A stretch of 64,000 nucleotides of DNA from Candidatus Methylomirabilia bacterium (GCA_041496385.1 JBGQEL010000001.1:32001-96000); one strand, 5' to 3'; shown: positions 12,809 to 24,461, numbered from the stretch's first letter. Notes: generated by a model from the letters alone, not told the origin. Made by a program: numbers and translations.

Positions 12809-14322
12809 CAGGCGTTCCCGCGGCGCGCGCCGGCCCAGAGCGCGCCCGCGGAGATCGCGAGCGACAGATAGGCGAGCCACTCGCCGAAGCGCGTGTAGAT
12901 GGTCCGACCGGAACGCAGCGGCACGCGCTCGGATGCGGTGCCGCGGCGGAAGAGCGTGAGCCGGCGGAGGATCTGGCCGCTCGGCGCGATGATCGCCGAG
13001 ACGCCGGTGTTCGCGGCGCGAACGACGGCGATGCGATGCTCCACCGCGCGGAACGGGTACATGGCGAGATGCTGCCACGGGCCGTCCGTGCGGCCGAACC
13101 AGCCGTCGTTCGTCATGTTCACCATCAGCCGCGCTCCATCGTTGACGAATTCGCGCACGAGCTCGGGGAAGATTCCTTCGTAACAGATTACGACACCGAC
13201 GGGCGCGGGCGGGCCCGGGAATACCACGGTCCTCGCACCAGGCTCGAGCTCGGCGATGAACTCGGCCCAGTTCCTGACGAAACCGATCGCTCCCGACAGG
13301 GGCACGAACTCGCCGAACGGAACGAGATGCATCTTATCATATCGCCCCTCGATGCCGTTTCCGGTCAGCAGAAACGCGGTGTTATAGACCTTGGTCTTGG
13401 ACGTTCCTTCAACGTCGACCGAGCCGACCAGCAGCGGCGTCTGGAGCTCGCGCGACAACGCCGCGAGTTCGCCGATCAGATTCGGCTCCCGCCGGAGAAC
13501 GGCGGGCAGCGAGGTTTCCGGCCAGACGATCAGGTCCGGCCGCTCCGTGCCCGCACGCCGCGTGAGGGACGTCGCGATACCCAGGGTCGTGGCGGCGTAG
13601 TCCGGGTCCCACTTGAGTGGCTGGGCGATCGACGGCTGGACCACCGCCACGCGCAGCTCGCCCGGTGGCGGCGGCTCGGCCAGCCGGTGCGCACCGAACA
13701 GGAGCGTTGCGCCGACGAGTGTCGCCGCCACCGCGACGCCCGCCAGCGCGCGGCGCCACGGGAGGACCAGGCATCCGGCGATCGCGGCGTTGACGGCGAG
13801 TACGACGAACGACACGGCGTGGACGCCGCCGAGCTCCGCGATCTGGATGACCGGCAGCTTCAGGTACTGCGAGTAACCGAGCGTGCCCCACGGGAAGCCC
13901 CCCATGAGCCGCCCGCGGACCCATTCCCCCGCGACCCAGACGAACGGCGTCACGGCGAGCGCGAGCGTCGGCGAGCGACGCCGCGCGACGGACGACACCG
14001 CGGCGGCGAAGAGTCCTGCGTAGAGGCCGCAGTATGCAGCGAGGAGGGCGATGGGCCCCCAGGTGAGCGGCCAGGGGATCGCGCTGTAGACCCGAAAAGT
14101 GAAATCGAGCCAGCGAAGGAGCACCAGGAAGAAGGCGCTGCCGAAGAGCCAGCCCCAGCCCAGCGCAGCCCGCGGACCGCGGGACAACGCCGTCACGATC
14201 ACGGGCACCAGGACGACCCAGGCCACACCATTCCAGTCCGTGCGTGGAAACGCGAGAGCGAGGCCGAGGGCGCTCGCGGACAGGAGCAGCCCCAGGGCCA
14301 GGCTGTGACGGAGCCGCTCCAA
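12808..14322 (-). CDS. lnt: Apolipoprotein N-acyltransferase
   Basis: Multi-TM N-terminus, GGFPW, WPET, YDKMHLVPFGE, ICYE, TNDGWF, RAANTG. Confidence 0.95.
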   Translation of the reverse strand: MERLRHSLALGLLLSASALGLALAFPRTDWNGVAWVVLVPVIVTALSRGPRAALGWGWLFGSAFFLVLLRWLDFTFRVYSAIPWPLTWGPIALLAAYCGLYAGLFAAAVSSVARRRSPTLALAVTPFVWVAGEWVRGRLMGGFPWGTLGYSQYLKLPVIQIAELGGVHAVSFVVLAVNAAIAGCLVLPWRRALAGVAVAATLVGATLLFGAHRLAEPPPPGELRVAVVQPSIAQPLKWDPDYAATTLGIATSLTRRAGTERPDLIVWPETSLPAVLRREPNLIGELAALSRELQTPLLVGSVDVEGTSKTKVYNTAFLLTGNGIEGRYDKMHLVPFGEFVPLSGAIGFVRNWAEFIAELEPGARTVVFPGPPAPVGVVICYEGIFPELVREFVNDGARLMVNMTNDGWFGRTDGPWQHLAMYPFRAVEHRIAVVRAANTGVSAIIAPSGQILRRLTLFRRGTASERVPLRSGRTIYTRFGEWLAYLSLAISAGALWAGARRGNA

Positions 14323-14327
14323 GCCGA

Positions 14328-15053
14328 TCAGGCACCCCTCGACAGACGGTCCGACAGCAGGCGGGGCAACCCCCCCGCGAGGATTTTCCGCTGCGCGCGC
14401 TCCACGTCGTACGTCACGCGCCGGATCGCGATGCGGCCCTTCTCCATGTCCCAGAGCGCGTACGCTGCACGCGGGTCCCCGTCACGTGGCTGGCCGACGC
14501 TCCCGACGTTGACGAGGTAGCGGCGCCCCTGCTCCAGCGTCACGTCGACCGTTCCCGGAAGATACTCCGGCCCGGAAGAACCAAGGGACCAGACGGCCGG
14601 GACATGCGAGTGACCGACGAAGCACAGGCGGGTCGAGAAGGCGGGAAAGGCGTCGAGGCCGTCGCCGGCGGACACGAGATAGTCCCACTCGTCGGGTTCG
14701 CGGGGCGACGCGTGCACCAGCGTCGCGTCAGCCAGCTCGGCGGTCAGGGGCAACGCGGCCAGATAGCTCATGTGGTCCGTGTCCAGGCGCGTGCGGGTCC
14801 ACTCCGCCGCGGCCCTCGCGTACGGATTGAACCAGTCGAGGTCCAGGAGGCCGGCGACGCCGTGCTCGTGGTTGCCCGCCACGATCGTCGTCGCCCTCGT
14901 CGCGAGGAGCTCGACGCATGCCACCGGGTCGGCGCCGTAGCCCACGACGTCGCCGGTGCAGAGCACCGCATCGGCCCGCGCGGCCGTGTCATCGAGCACC
15001 GCCTCGAGTGCCTCGAGATTGCCGTGGATATCCGAGATCACCGCATACCGCAC
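14328..15053 (-). CDS. Metallophosphoesterase family protein
   Basis: SDIHGN, GDVVGYG, GNHE, GHSH, NVGSVGQPRD. Confidence 0.9.
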   Translation of the reverse strand: MRYAVISDIHGNLEALEAVLDDTAARADAVLCTGDVVGYGADPVACVELLATRATTIVAGNHEHGVAGLLDLDWFNPYARAAAEWTRTRLDTDHMSYLAALPLTAELADATLVHASPREPDEWDYLVSAGDGLDAFPAFSTRLCFVGHSHVPAVWSLGSSGPEYLPGTVDVTLEQGRRYLVNVGSVGQPRDGDPRAAYALWDMEKGRIAIRRVTYDVERAQRKILAGGLPRLLSDRLSRGA

Positions 15054-15065
15054 GGGCCCCGCGCC

Positions 15066-15482
15066 TCAGGCCGTCGGGTGCAGGTCGCGATGGATCTTGT
15101 CGAGGACGCCGTTGATGAAGCGGCTCGACTCCTTCGTGCCGAACTTCTTGGAGATCTCGATCGCCTCGTTGATCGCCACCTTCGGCGGCACCTCGACCCC
15201 CCACAGGAGCTCGTAGACGGCCAGTCGCAGGATGTTCCGGTCCACGACGGCCATCCGGTCCAGGTCCCAATGCTCCGCGCAGTGTGCGATCGTCTGGTCG
15301 ATCTTCGCCTGGTGGGTCTTGGTGCCCCGGACCAGCGTCTCCGAGAAGCCACGTGCGTCCGCCGCCAGCGCATGGCGCGCCCAGAAATCACGCTCCCGCG
15401 CCGCCGGATCGTCCTCGGCGTGCACGTCCAGCTCGTAGAGGAACTGGAGCGCGACCTCCCTGGCCTTGCGTCGCTTGCCCAT
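15066..15482 (-). CDS. nusB: Transcription antitermination factor NusB
   Basis: RRKAREVALQFLY, DRNILRLA, INEAIEISK, FINGVLD; follows ribH. Confidence 0.95.
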   Translation of the reverse strand: MGKRRKAREVALQFLYELDVHAEDDPAARERDFWARHALAADARGFSETLVRGTKTHQAKIDQTIAHCAEHWDLDRMAVVDRNILRLAVYELLWGVEVPPKVAINEAIEISKKFGTKESSRFINGVLDKIHRDLHPTA

Positions 15483-16024
15483 CAGCGATCGTGGCCGCTG
15501 CGCGCGCGCGGCGACCGCGGGCCGCCCCTGCGCCCCGCCCGCCCGAGCTGCAGCGTGTGGATCCACTCGGCCATCTGCAGCGCGGCCTCGGCCGCCTCCT
15601 CCCCGCGGTTGCCCACCGCTCCGCCGGCCCGGTCCCACGCCTGGTCCTCGGTGAGCGCGGTGATCAGGCCGAAGGTCGCCGGGACGCCGGTCGTCAGCCC
15701 GACCTCGCGGATGCCGGCCGCCGCCTCGCGCGCGACGTGCTCGAAGTGCGGCGTCTGCCCCCGGATCACGACGCCCACGCAGACGATGCCGGCGTAACGT
15801 CCCGTGGCGGCCAGGAGGGCCGCCGCCTGCGGGAGCTCGAACGAGCCGGGCACCCAGTGGAGCTCCACGCGCTCGGCGCCGACCCGCGCCTCGCCGAACG
15901 CGGCGCGCGCGCCCTCGACCAGGCGCTCGGTGATGCGCTCGTTGAAGCGCGCCGCGACGATCGCGAAGCGCTCGGAGCGCTGCGCCGCGCGCGGCCGGCG
16001 TGCCTTCGGCGCGCGACCGGCCAT
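15482..16024 (-). CDS. ribH: 6,7-dimethyl-8-ribityllumazine synthase
   Basis: ARFN, VPGSFELP, IRGQTPHF motifs. Confidence 0.95.
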   Translation of the reverse strand: MAGRAPKARRPRAAQRSERFAIVAARFNERITERLVEGARAAFGEARVGAERVELHWVPGSFELPQAAALLAATGRYAGIVCVGVVIRGQTPHFEHVAREAAAGIREVGLTTGVPATFGLITALTEDQAWDRAGGAVGNRGEEAAEAALQMAEWIHTLQLGRAGRRGGPRSPRARSGHDR

Positions 16025-16025
16025 C

Positions 16026-17237
16026 TCAGTCCGGGAGCGACGAAAGCAGATGCCCGAGCTTGTCGCGCTTCGTGCTCAGGTACTTCCGATTCGCCTCGGT
16101 CGCGGGGGCCTCGATCGGAACGCGCTCGGCGATGTGGAGCCCGTAGCCTTCGAGACCGACGATCTTCTTCGGGTTGTTGGTGAGCAGCCGAAGATTTCGA
16201 ACGCCGAGGTCCACGAGGATCTGGGCGCCAATGCCATAGTCGCGTAGATCGGCCTTGAACCCGAGCGCCTGGTTCGCCTCGACGGTGTCCTTGCCCTGGT
16301 CCTGGAGCTCGTACGCCCGCATCTTGTTCACGAGGCCGATCCCGCGCCCCTCCTGCCGCATGTAGACGAACACGCCCCGTCCCTCGGCCTGGATGATCGC
16401 CAGCGACTTCTCGAGCTGCTGCCCGCAGTCGCAGCGGCGCGACTGGAAGACGTCGCCGATGAGGCACTCGGAGTGGACGCGGACCAGGACCGGCTCGTCG
16501 CCCGCGACCTGGCCCATGACGAGCGCCACGGGCACGCGCGCGTCCACGGGCGTGTCGTACGCGATCGCGGTGAAGTCTCCGAAGTCGGTCGGCAGCTTGT
16601 GGGTCGCGATCCGGCGGACCAGCTTTTCCTTCACGATCCGGTACTCGATGAGGTCCTTGATCGTGATCATCTTGAGACCGTACGTCTGCGCGAGCTCCAC
16701 GAGATTCGGTACGCGTGCCATGCCCCCGTCCTCGTCGAGCACCTCGCAGATCACTGCCGCCGGGTAGCACCCGGCGAGGCGCGCCAGGTCGATCGCGGCC
16801 TCGGTGTGGCCCGCGCGCCGGAGCACCCCGCCAGGCATCGCCCGGAGCGGCAAGATGTGGCCCGGGCGGGTCAGGTCGTCGGCGTGCATCTGGGGATCGA
16901 CCAGCGTGCGGATCGTCACGGCGCGGTCGTAGGCCGACGTTCCCGTCGTGACGCCGCGTCGCGCGTCGACCGTCACCGTGAACGCGGTTCCCATGGGCGC
17001 GGTATTGTCCGAGACCATCATCGAGATCTTCAGCTCGTCGAGGCGCTCGCCCGTCAGCGGAACGCAGATCAGCCCCCGGCCGTACTTGGCCATGAAGTTG
17101 ACCGCCTCCGGAGTCACCTTGTCGGCCGCCATCACGAGATCACCTTCGTTCTCGCGATCCTCGTCGTCGACCACGAGCAGGAGGTGTCCCTGACGGATCT
17201 CCTCGATGGCCTCTTCGACTCTCGAAAACGCGGTCAT
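16026..17237 (-). CDS. ribBA: Bifunctional DHBP synthase / GTP cyclohydrolase II
   Basis: [40 protein letters not shown]. Confidence 0.96.
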   Translation of the reverse strand: MTAFSRVEEAIEEIRQGHLLLVVDDEDRENEGDLVMAADKVTPEAVNFMAKYGRGLICVPLTGERLDELKISMMVSDNTAPMGTAFTVTVDARRGVTTGTSAYDRAVTIRTLVDPQMHADDLTRPGHILPLRAMPGGVLRRAGHTEAAIDLARLAGCYPAAVICEVLDEDGGMARVPNLVELAQTYGLKMITIKDLIEYRIVKEKLVRRIATHKLPTDFGDFTAIAYDTPVDARVPVALVMGQVAGDEPVLVRVHSECLIGDVFQSRRCDCGQQLEKSLAIIQAEGRGVFVYMRQEGRGIGLVNKMRAYELQDQGKDTVEANQALGFKADLRDYGIGAQILVDLGVRNLRLLTNNPKKIVGLEGYGLHIAERVPIEAPATEANRKYLSTKRDKLGHLLSSLPD

Positions 17238-17836
17238 GTCGTCCCCCTGAGCGTCAGCGATCGCACCAGATACTTGCCAATCACGTCCGTCTCGACGTTC
17301 ACTGCCTGCCCGGGCGCGAGCCGCCCGAGCGCGGTCACCGCGAGCGTGTGAGGGATCAGCATCACCTCGAACCACCGCTCGCCCAGCGCCGCGATCGTCA
17401 GGCTCACACCGTCCACCGCCACCGATCCCTGCGGGATCAGGAGGGGCGCCAGCTCGGGGCCGGGCAGCGCGACGCGAACCCGTGTCGTCGATTCTACACG
17501 GGTTACCTCCTCCACGGTTCCCACACCGTCCACGTGGCCGAGGACCAGGTGTCCGCCCAGCGATCCGCCGAAACGGAGCGGCCGCTCGAGGTTGACCGGG
17601 TCGCCCGCCCGGAGTCCGCCCAGCGTCGTACGCGCGAGCGTCTCCGGCCCGAGCTCGAACACGAATCCGCGGGCGCGCCGCTCCACGATGGTCAGGCAGG
17701 CGCCGTTGACGGCGACGCTTCCGCCGACCGCCGTGTCCACGAGCGTCAGGGCGGCCGCGATCTCGAGACGTGCGACGGGCGCACCCCCGGCCAGCGCCGC
17801 GACCTTCCCCTGCTCCTCGACGATCCCCGTGAACAT
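17234..17836 (-). CDS. ribE: Riboflavin synthase
   Basis: MFTGIVEE N-terminus, NGACLT, VNLER, GHVDG, DGVSLT. Confidence 0.95.
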   Translation of the reverse strand: MFTGIVEEQGKVAALAGGAPVARLEIAAALTLVDTAVGGSVAVNGACLTIVERRARGFVFELGPETLARTTLGGLRAGDPVNLERPLRFGGSLGGHLVLGHVDGVGTVEEVTRVESTTRVRVALPGPELAPLLIPQGSVAVDGVSLTIAALGERWFEVMLIPHTLAVTALGRLAPGQAVNVETDVIGKYLVRSLTLRGTT

Positions 17837-18954
17837 CAGCCGCCCGGAGCCTCGCGGAGCACGTCGGCCTCGACCAGCAGATCGTCGCCGAGCGGTGTGG
17901 CGGTGAGCGCGCCGAGCCGCAGCGCGGCCTTCAGCTCCCGCCCGACGCCCCCGGCGACCGTCGGCGCCGTCCGCCCGCCGATGAGGAGCGGCGCGATGAA
18001 CAGCGCCACGCGGTCCACGAGCCCGGCCTCGATGAACGCGGCGTGAACCTCCCCGCCGCCCTCGACGAGGAGACCTCGAATCTCGCGCGCGTGGAGCTCG
18101 GTCAGGAGCGCGACGAGGTCGACACGGCCGCCCCGCGACGGGCACCGCACCACCGTGGCTCCGGCCGCGGCGAGGCGCGCCGGCCGGTCGTCGGGTGTCT
18201 CCTCGCCGACCACGACGAGGGCACGCCGCGGATCGCCCGCCTGGATCAGGCGCGCCGCCGGCGGCGTGCGGGCCGTGGTGTCGAGCACGACGCGGTAGGG
18301 TTCGCGCGGCCAGGGCCTGTCGAGGCGCACCGTCAGCTGAGGATCGTCCCGGAGCACGGTGGTGATCCCCACGACGACCGCATCCGATTCGCTACGGAGT
18401 CGGTGCGCGCGTTCCCGTGCGGGCTCGCCGGTGATCCAGCGCGAGGCGCCGTGCACGTCAGCGATCTTTCCGTCGAGCGTCGCGGCCGCCTTGAGCGTCA
18501 CGTGAGGCCGGCGCTCGGTCATCGCGGTGAGGAACACGCGGTTCTGCCGCGCCGCGTCGGCGGCGAGCACCCCCTGGTGTACCGGGATCCCGGCCTCGCG
18601 CAGAAGGGCGAAGCCCCGGCCGGCGACGAGGGGGTTCGGATCTTCGATCGCGGCGACCACGCGTGCGATCCCCGCCTCGACGATGGCGGGCGCGCACGGC
18701 GGCGTGCGGCCCGTATGCGCGCAGGGCTCGAGCGTGACATAGAGCGTGGCGCCCCGCGCGCGCGTGCCCGCGGCCCTCAGCGCTTCGGCTTCGGCGTGGG
18801 GCGTGCCGGCACGGAGGTGCGCGCCCTCGGCGAGGATCTCGCCGGTCGGCCCCACGACGACCGCGCCCACCATCGGGTTCGGCGAGACGAGTCCGCGGCC
18901 GTGCTCGGCCAGCTCGAGCGCCCGCCGCATGAGGCGTTCCTCGTGGTCGGTCAT
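17836..18954 (-). CDS. ribD: Riboflavin biosynthesis deaminase/reductase
   Basis: PNPMVG, HAE, TLEPC-x-PC, TLDGKIA, EGGG. Confidence 0.96.
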   Translation of the reverse strand: MTDHEERLMRRALELAEHGRGLVSPNPMVGAVVVGPTGEILAEGAHLRAGTPHAEAEALRAAGTRARGATLYVTLEPCAHTGRTPPCAPAIVEAGIARVVAAIEDPNPLVAGRGFALLREAGIPVHQGVLAADAARQNRVFLTAMTERRPHVTLKAAATLDGKIADVHGASRWITGEPARERAHRLRSESDAVVVGITTVLRDDPQLTVRLDRPWPREPYRVVLDTTARTPPAARLIQAGDPRRALVVVGEETPDDRPARLAAAGATVVRCPSRGGRVDLVALLTELHAREIRGLLVEGGGEVHAAFIEAGLVDRVALFIAPLLIGGRTAPTVAGGVGRELKAALRLGALTATPLGDDLLVEADVLREAPGG

Positions 18955-19877
18955 TGCGCCGGGACCAGCGCGTCCACGAAGGCCTCCGGGACGAACGTTT
19001 GGAGGTCTTCGATACGTTCGCCCACGCCGATGAGCTTCACGGGGATCTTCAGCTCGCGGACGATCCGGACGACGATGCCCCCCTTCGCCGTGCCGTCGAG
19101 CTTCGTCAGGGCGACGCCCGTCAGTCCGATCGTCTCGTGGAACATGCGCGCCTGCGCGAAGCCGTTCTGGCCGGTCGGCGCGTCCAGCACCATCAACGAC
19201 TCGTGGGGCGCGCCGGGCAGCTGGCGCTCGATCACGCGCTTGAGCTTGGCCAGCTCGTCCATCAAGTTGGACTTCGTGTGGAGGCGGCCCGCGGTGTCCA
19301 CGACGAGCGCATCGACGCCGCGCGCCGCCGCCGCCTTCACCGCGTCGAAGACGACCGCCGCGGGATCGGAGCCCGCCGCTTGGTGGATCACCTCGACGCC
19401 GATGCGCTCGCCCCAGCGCTGGAGCTGCTCGATCGCCGCGGCGCGGAACGTGTCGGCGGCGGCGAGCAGGACCTCCTTGCCCGAACCCTTGAGCGCCGCG
19501 GCGAGCTTGGCCGCCGTCGTCGTCTTGCCCGAACCGTTGACGCCGAGCATGAGCACGACGGCCGGCCGGTGCGCGAGGTCGAGCGTCGGGGCCGCGCCCG
19601 CGATCGTGTCGAGCAGAAAGCGCCGGAAGAGGGGTCGCAGCTCGCCTCCGCGTGTCACCGTACCGAACATCACCTCCTCGCGCGCTCGGTTCGCGAAGTC
19701 GGCGGCGAGCGCGGCGCCGAGGTCGGCCGCAATCAGCAGCTCCTCCAGCTCCTCGTAGAGCGCCTCATCGATCGGCCGATCGGCCTCGAACACTTCGCCG
19801 AGACCGGTCGCCAGATACTCCTGCGAGCGGCGTAACCCCTCGCGGAGGCGCGCTCCCAGCCCGGCGAGGAAGCTCAC
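18951..19877 (-). CDS. ftsY: Signal recognition particle receptor FtsY
   Basis: GVNGSGKTT, DTFRAAA, DTAGR, TKLDGTAKGG. Confidence 0.96.
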   Translation of the reverse strand: MSFLAGLGARLREGLRRSQEYLATGLGEVFEADRPIDEALYEELEELLIAADLGAALAADFANRAREEVMFGTVTRGGELRPLFRRFLLDTIAGAAPTLDLAHRPAVVLMLGVNGSGKTTTAAKLAAALKGSGKEVLLAAADTFRAAAIEQLQRWGERIGVEVIHQAAGSDPAAVVFDAVKAAAARGVDALVVDTAGRLHTKSNLMDELAKLKRVIERQLPGAPHESLMVLDAPTGQNGFAQARMFHETIGLTGVALTKLDGTAKGGIVVRIVRELKIPVKLIGVGERIEDLQTFVPEAFVDALVPAQ

Positions 19878-20755
19878 TGGGTTTCCGGGGGGAGAACGAG
19901 GCGCGGGATCACCGTGCCGCTGGGCCCCAGCGCCGCGACACGCCGCCCGTTCAGCTCGAACGCGACGCCGCCGGCGTTACCGATGGACAGGACGAACGGC
20001 CGGTTGGAAACCCACTCCCGCGTCTCACCCGCAGGAATGTTCTCCTCGCTCGTGCGCCCATCGTCGGTGCGCACGCGGATCCACGTCTTCTCCGAGGTGC
20101 GCGCGACCAGGCGGTACGGTGCCGTGACACCCGAGATGAGGGGCGGTGTCACCGGACCAGTCGCCGTGGGCGGCGCCGCGACGGGTACGGGGACCTCGGC
20201 CGCCGCGACCGGCCGCGGGGCCTCGATGCTCGGCGACGGGGCGGGCGCGACCGCGATTGCGGCCGGCGGCGGGACCGGCTCCGGCTTGGGGTCGGATGCG
20301 GTAGCGGCCGCGCGACCCTCGAGCGGGGTCTCCCGCGCGGGCTGCAGCCAGAGCGTCACACCGAACAAGGCCACTCCGAGAATCACGAGCATCACGAACC
20401 CAGCGAGGACCGCGCCGCGGCTCCCCTTCTCCGTCTCCTGCCGGCGCTTCGACGTCTGGGTCGGGGCCGCCCTCGTGACCGGGCGCGGGGCCGCAGTGGT
20501 GGGTTTGATGACGTCAACGACTGTACGGTCCCGCCCTTCGTAGAGCGCGACCGCGTCGTGCGGCAAGATGCCCAGCGCCTGGCAGTAGGCGCGAATGAAC
20601 CCTTTCGTGAAGACAGGGGCCGGAAGCGCCTCGAACGCGTCCGACTCGAGCGCTTCCAGGTATTGCGTCAAGACCCGGGTGGCGCGGGAGATCTCCTCCA
20701 GGGAGACCCCTCGCTGCGTTCGGAGATCGCGGAGATAAGAGCCGACGGACGACAT
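19874..20755 (-). CDS. rodZ: RodZ-like HTH membrane protein
   Basis: N-terminal HTH (GFIRAYC), single TM helix, Pro-rich linker, C-terminal GNAGG domain. Confidence 0.85.
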   Translation of the reverse strand: MSSVGSYLRDLRTQRGVSLEEISRATRVLTQYLEALESDAFEALPAPVFTKGFIRAYCQALGILPHDAVALYEGRDRTVVDVIKPTTAAPRPVTRAAPTQTSKRRQETEKGSRGAVLAGFVMLVILGVALFGVTLWLQPARETPLEGRAAATASDPKPEPVPPPAAIAVAPAPSPSIEAPRPVAAAEVPVPVAAPPTATGPVTPPLISGVTAPYRLVARTSEKTWIRVRTDDGRTSEENIPAGETREWVSNRPFVLSIGNAGGVAFELNGRRVAALGPSGTVIPRLVLPPETQ

Positions 20756-20804
20756 AGGCCTACCGTCGTCGAGTTTAGCCTATTTCGCCAGCTTCTTCAT
20801 CGAC

Positions 20805-23800
20805 TTACTGGGCGTTCAGGTTGACCGAAACGAGCTTGGAGAGACCCGGCTCCTCCATGGTGACTCCATATAGCGCATCGGCGGCCTCCATGGTCTTCCG
20901 GTTGTGGGTGATGACGAGGAACTGCGTCTGGCTCGTCAGCTCGCGCAGCACCCGAAGGAAGCGATGGATGTTGGCGTCGTCGAGCGGTGCGTCCACCTCG
21001 TCCAGCACGCAGAAGGGGCTCGGCCGGAAGTAGAAGATCGCGAAAAGAAGGGCCAGGCCGGTGAGGGCCCGTTCTCCACCCGAGAGCAGCGTCACGGACT
21101 GGAGCCGCTTGCCCCGGGGCTCCGCCATCAACTCGACCCCTGTGTCGAGCGGGTCGCCGCCCTCTTCGGCTTCTACCAGCCTGAGCTCGGCACGCCCGCC
21201 CTCGAACAGTCGGGCGAAGATCCCCTGGAAGTGCCGGTTGATCTCCTCGAAGGCCTGCGCGAAGCGATCCTGCGCGCTCCGGGTCATCCCGCGCAACGCC
21301 TTGTCGAGGTCTTTGATGGATCCAATGAGATCGTCGTGCTGCGTGCGGAGGAAGGTCAGCCGCTCGTCGAGCTCGCGATACTCGTCGTCGGCGACGAGGT
21401 TCACGGGGCCGATCGCCAGCAGCTTTTCGTCGAGATCGGTCACGCGCTCGCGGACCCCCGCGAGATCGCGCGAGGGATCGTGGCCGGCCCGCAGCTGCGC
21501 CTCGTCCACGCCGTACACGCGCCATGCCTCCTGCCCGAGCTCCTCGCGCCGCACGCGACACTCGGTGGCGGCGAGATCGTGCTCGTGGATCCGCGCGATG
21601 AGCCGGCCGGCCTCGGTCGCCACGGCGTGCGCCTCGGTCTCGACGCCGCGCAGCTCGGCGGCGAGAAGCGCGTGCTGCTCCGAGGCCAGACGCGTCTCGC
21701 CCTCGAGGCGATCACGCTCCACCGCAACCTCGCGCGCGTTCGCGTCGGTGCGTTCGCGCTCCTCGGTAAGCCAGGTCCGCCGGTCACGCAGCTGGGTCTG
21801 GCGCTGGCCGGCCTGCGCGATCCGCTCGACCAGGTCGCGCTCCATGTCACCGAGATGCTGGAGCTCACGGCCCAGGGCCTCCACGCGCTCGCCCGCCGCG
21901 GCCAGCTCCACCCGGCACCCGGTCAGGTCGCCGCCGACGTCGGCCTCCTGCGCCTGGGCGACCTCGATCGACTCGCGGACGCGGGCCATGGTGGCCTCGT
22001 GGGCCGACTCGGTCTCCCGCGCGAGGACGACCCGCTGCTCGAGCTCGCCCAGCGTCCGCGCAGTGTGGTCCGTCTCGAGCATCACCTGGCGCGATTCGGC
22101 GCGCACCGTCTCGAGGTGGCGATGGACCCGCTCGTGATCACGCGTCGCCTGCTCGAGATCCTTCTCGCTCGCCAGCCGGTCCGCCTGGCGGCTGCTGACG
22201 GCCGAGTCGAGACGTGCGAGCCGCTCCCGTGCCGTGGTCAGCTCGGCGGCCAGGGTGGCGACCGTCACCTGCCCCTGCTCGACGAAGACCACGAGGCGCC
22301 GCACCTCCTCCTCGAGCTCCCTGAGCTGGCGCTTGCGCGCCAGGAGCGAATGCGAAAGCTCGGACGCCGGGGCCTCGCCGCCGCCATGCAGCCGTCCCGT
22401 GGGACCGAGGACCTCGCCCGACGGCGTCACGTAGGTGGCGACCAGCCCGTTGCGCCGCCACAGCGCCTCCGCCTGGTCCAGATGCTCGACGAGCGCGACC
22501 TGACCGAACAGGTGGTGCACCAGACTCGGGTTGCGGGCCGCGACGCTCCGCGCCAGCCAGCGTACGCCGCCGTCGTCGGGAGACGTCGCGGGCGGGGTCG
22601 GCAGATGCTCGAGCGGCAGGAACGTCGCGGCGCCCAGCAAGTGCTCGCCCAGATACGCGACCGCCGCGCGCGCGTCGGCGAAGCGCTCGACCACGACCCA
22701 TTGCAGCCGCTCACCGAGGACCGCCTCGATCGCGCGCTCCATTCCGGCGGGAACCTCGAGGAGGTCGGCAACCGTGCCGACCACACCCGTGAGGCCGGCC
22801 GGACCCCCCTGGCCGAACACCGCCCGCACCCCCGCACCGTATCCCTCGCGCTGGCGCTCGAGCTCGGCCAGGGCTTCGAAGCTCGACCGCCGCGCGGCCA
22901 GCGTGAGCCGCGCGTCCGCGAGCTGGCTCTCGGCCTCGGCGAGCCGCCGCTCCACGTCCGCCAGGAGTGCACCGAGCCGCAGGCGCTCGCCCTCCAGCGC
23001 TCCCAGCTCCGTTCTGGCCGCGTCGCGCGCCTCGGTGAAGCGACCGCGCTCGAGCTCGAGCCTCGCGGCCTCCGCCTCGGCCGCCGCGAGCTCCTGCGCG
23101 AGGCGCTCGCCGCGCCGCCGGAGCTGGGCTTCGCGCTCGCGCAGCTCACCCGCCTCCCGCATGAGGTCCACACGCTCGGAGGCTCGCCGGGCCTGCTCGA
23201 GCCTCAACGCCTCCGCGCGGTCGCGGTCGCCGGCGAGCGCTGCGCGGTGGCGCTCGAGACGCGCGGCGAGCTCGTCCGCCACCCTCCCCCGCTCTTCCGC
23301 CTGACGCATCGCCTCCGCCAGGGCCGCGTCGCCCGCGGCGCGGTCGGCGAGCACGGTCTGGCGCCGCTCGGCCGCGACGCGCAGCTCCTCGTCGATGCGC
23401 ACCGCCTCCTCCGCCAGCTCGCGGAGCTGCACACCCATCTGTTCGCGCCGCTCCAGGAGCCGTTCGAGCTCGCCCTGGACCTTCTGGACGGCCTGGCGCA
23501 GATCCGACAAACGGTGATCACTCGCCTGCAACAGCTCCTGCTGCCGCGCCGCCCGCGCCGCGAGGCCCGCGCCGCGGGTCCGCAGCGCCTGCTCCTCGTC
23601 GCGCAGACGCGCGATCTCAGCGCCGAGGCGCTCGCCCTCGACGACGCGCGCGATCCAGTCGGCGGTGGCGAGCGCGAGCGCCAGATCGCGCTTCTCGGTC
23701 TGGAGCGCCTTGTACTGCTGCGCCTTCCTCGCCTGGCGCTCGAGCGAGGTGAGCTGCCGCTTCACCTCGTCCATGACGTCGCGCACCCGGACGAGGTTCT

Positions 23801-24353
23801 GGCGGGCGGCGTCGAGCTTGCCCTGCGTCTCGGTGCGCTGCTGCTTGTAGCGCGCGATGCCCGCCGCCTCTTCGATGAAGACGCGACGCTCATGCGGCTT
23901 CGCGGTGAGCACGTGGTTCAGCTTGTCCTGGTCCATGACCGAGTAGGCGCGCGGGTTCGCGCCCGTGCCGGCGAAGAGATCGAGGATGTCCCGGAGCCGC
24001 GAGAGATTCCGGTTGAGGAAGTACTCGCTCTCGCCCGTCCGGTAGAGCCGGCGGCTCACGGCCACCTCGGTCCACGGGACGTCGAGGACGCCGTCGTTCG
24101 AGAACGTGAGCTCGACCTCGGCCAGTCCCACCGGCTTGCGCGACGCCGACCCGTGGAAGATCAGGTCTTCCATCCGATGGCCGCGCAGCGACTTCGCGCT
24201 CTGCTCGCCGAGCGCCCAGCGGACCGCCTCGGAGATGTTGCTCTTGCCGCAGCCGTTCGGACCGACGATACCCGTGATGCCTGGCAGGACCCTGACGACG
24301 GTCTTCTCGCTGAACGACTTGAAGCCGTGCAGGCCGATGGATTCCAGACGCAT
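20805..24353 (-). CDS. smc: Chromosome segregation protein SMC
   Basis: GFKSF, GPNGCGKSN, coiled coils with hinge, LSGGE, LDEVDAPLD. Confidence 0.96.
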   Translation of the reverse strand: MRLESIGLHGFKSFSEKTVVRVLPGITGIVGPNGCGKSNISEAVRWALGEQSAKSLRGHRMEDLIFHGSASRKPVGLAEVELTFSNDGVLDVPWTEVAVSRRLYRTGESEYFLNRNLSRLRDILDLFAGTGANPRAYSVMDQDKLNHVLTAKPHERRVFIEEAAGIARYKQQRTETQGKLDAARQNLVRVRDVMDEVKRQLTSLERQARKAQQYKALQTEKRDLALALATADWIARVVEGERLGAEIARLRDEEQALRTRGAGLAARAARQQELLQASDHRLSDLRQAVQKVQGELERLLERREQMGVQLRELAEEAVRIDEELRVAAERRQTVLADRAAGDAALAEAMRQAEERGRVADELAARLERHRAALAGDRDRAEALRLEQARRASERVDLMREAGELREREAQLRRRGERLAQELAAAEAEAARLELERGRFTEARDAARTELGALEGERLRLGALLADVERRLAEAESQLADARLTLAARRSSFEALAELERQREGYGAGVRAVFGQGGPAGLTGVVGTVADLLEVPAGMERAIEAVLGERLQWVVVERFADARAAVAYLGEHLLGAATFLPLEHLPTPPATSPDDGGVRWLARSVAARNPSLVHHLFGQVALVEHLDQAEALWRRNGLVATYVTPSGEVLGPTGRLHGGGEAPASELSHSLLARKRQLRELEEEVRRLVVFVEQGQVTVATLAAELTTARERLARLDSAVSSRQADRLASEKDLEQATRDHERVHRHLETVRAESRQVMLETDHTARTLGELEQRVVLARETESAHEATMARVRESIEVAQAQEADVGGDLTGCRVELAAAGERVEALGRELQHLGDMERDLVERIAQAGQRQTQLRDRRTWLTEERERTDANAREVAVERDRLEGETRLASEQHALLAAELRGVETEAHAVATEAGRLIARIHEHDLAATECRVRREELGQEAWRVYGVDEAQLRAGHDPSRDLAGVRERVTDLDEKLLAIGPVNLVADDEYRELDERLTFLRTQHDDLIGSIKDLDKALRGMTRSAQDRFAQAFEEINRHFQGIFARLFEGGRAELRLVEAEEGGDPLDTGVELMAEPRGKRLQSVTLLSGGERALTGLALLFAIFYFRPSPFCVLDEVDAPLDDANIHRFLRVLRELTSQTQFLVITHNRKTMEAADALYGVTMEEPGLSKLVSVNLNAQ

Positions 24354-24461
24354 AGGTTTTTCTAGCACGGACGCGGGCGTGCGGCCAAAGGAAATGTACC
24401 AGCCGTGGGGTGAAGAGCCAGGGGCCGCCCCTAGATATCGAGCCTCAGCGAGGGGGGCGCG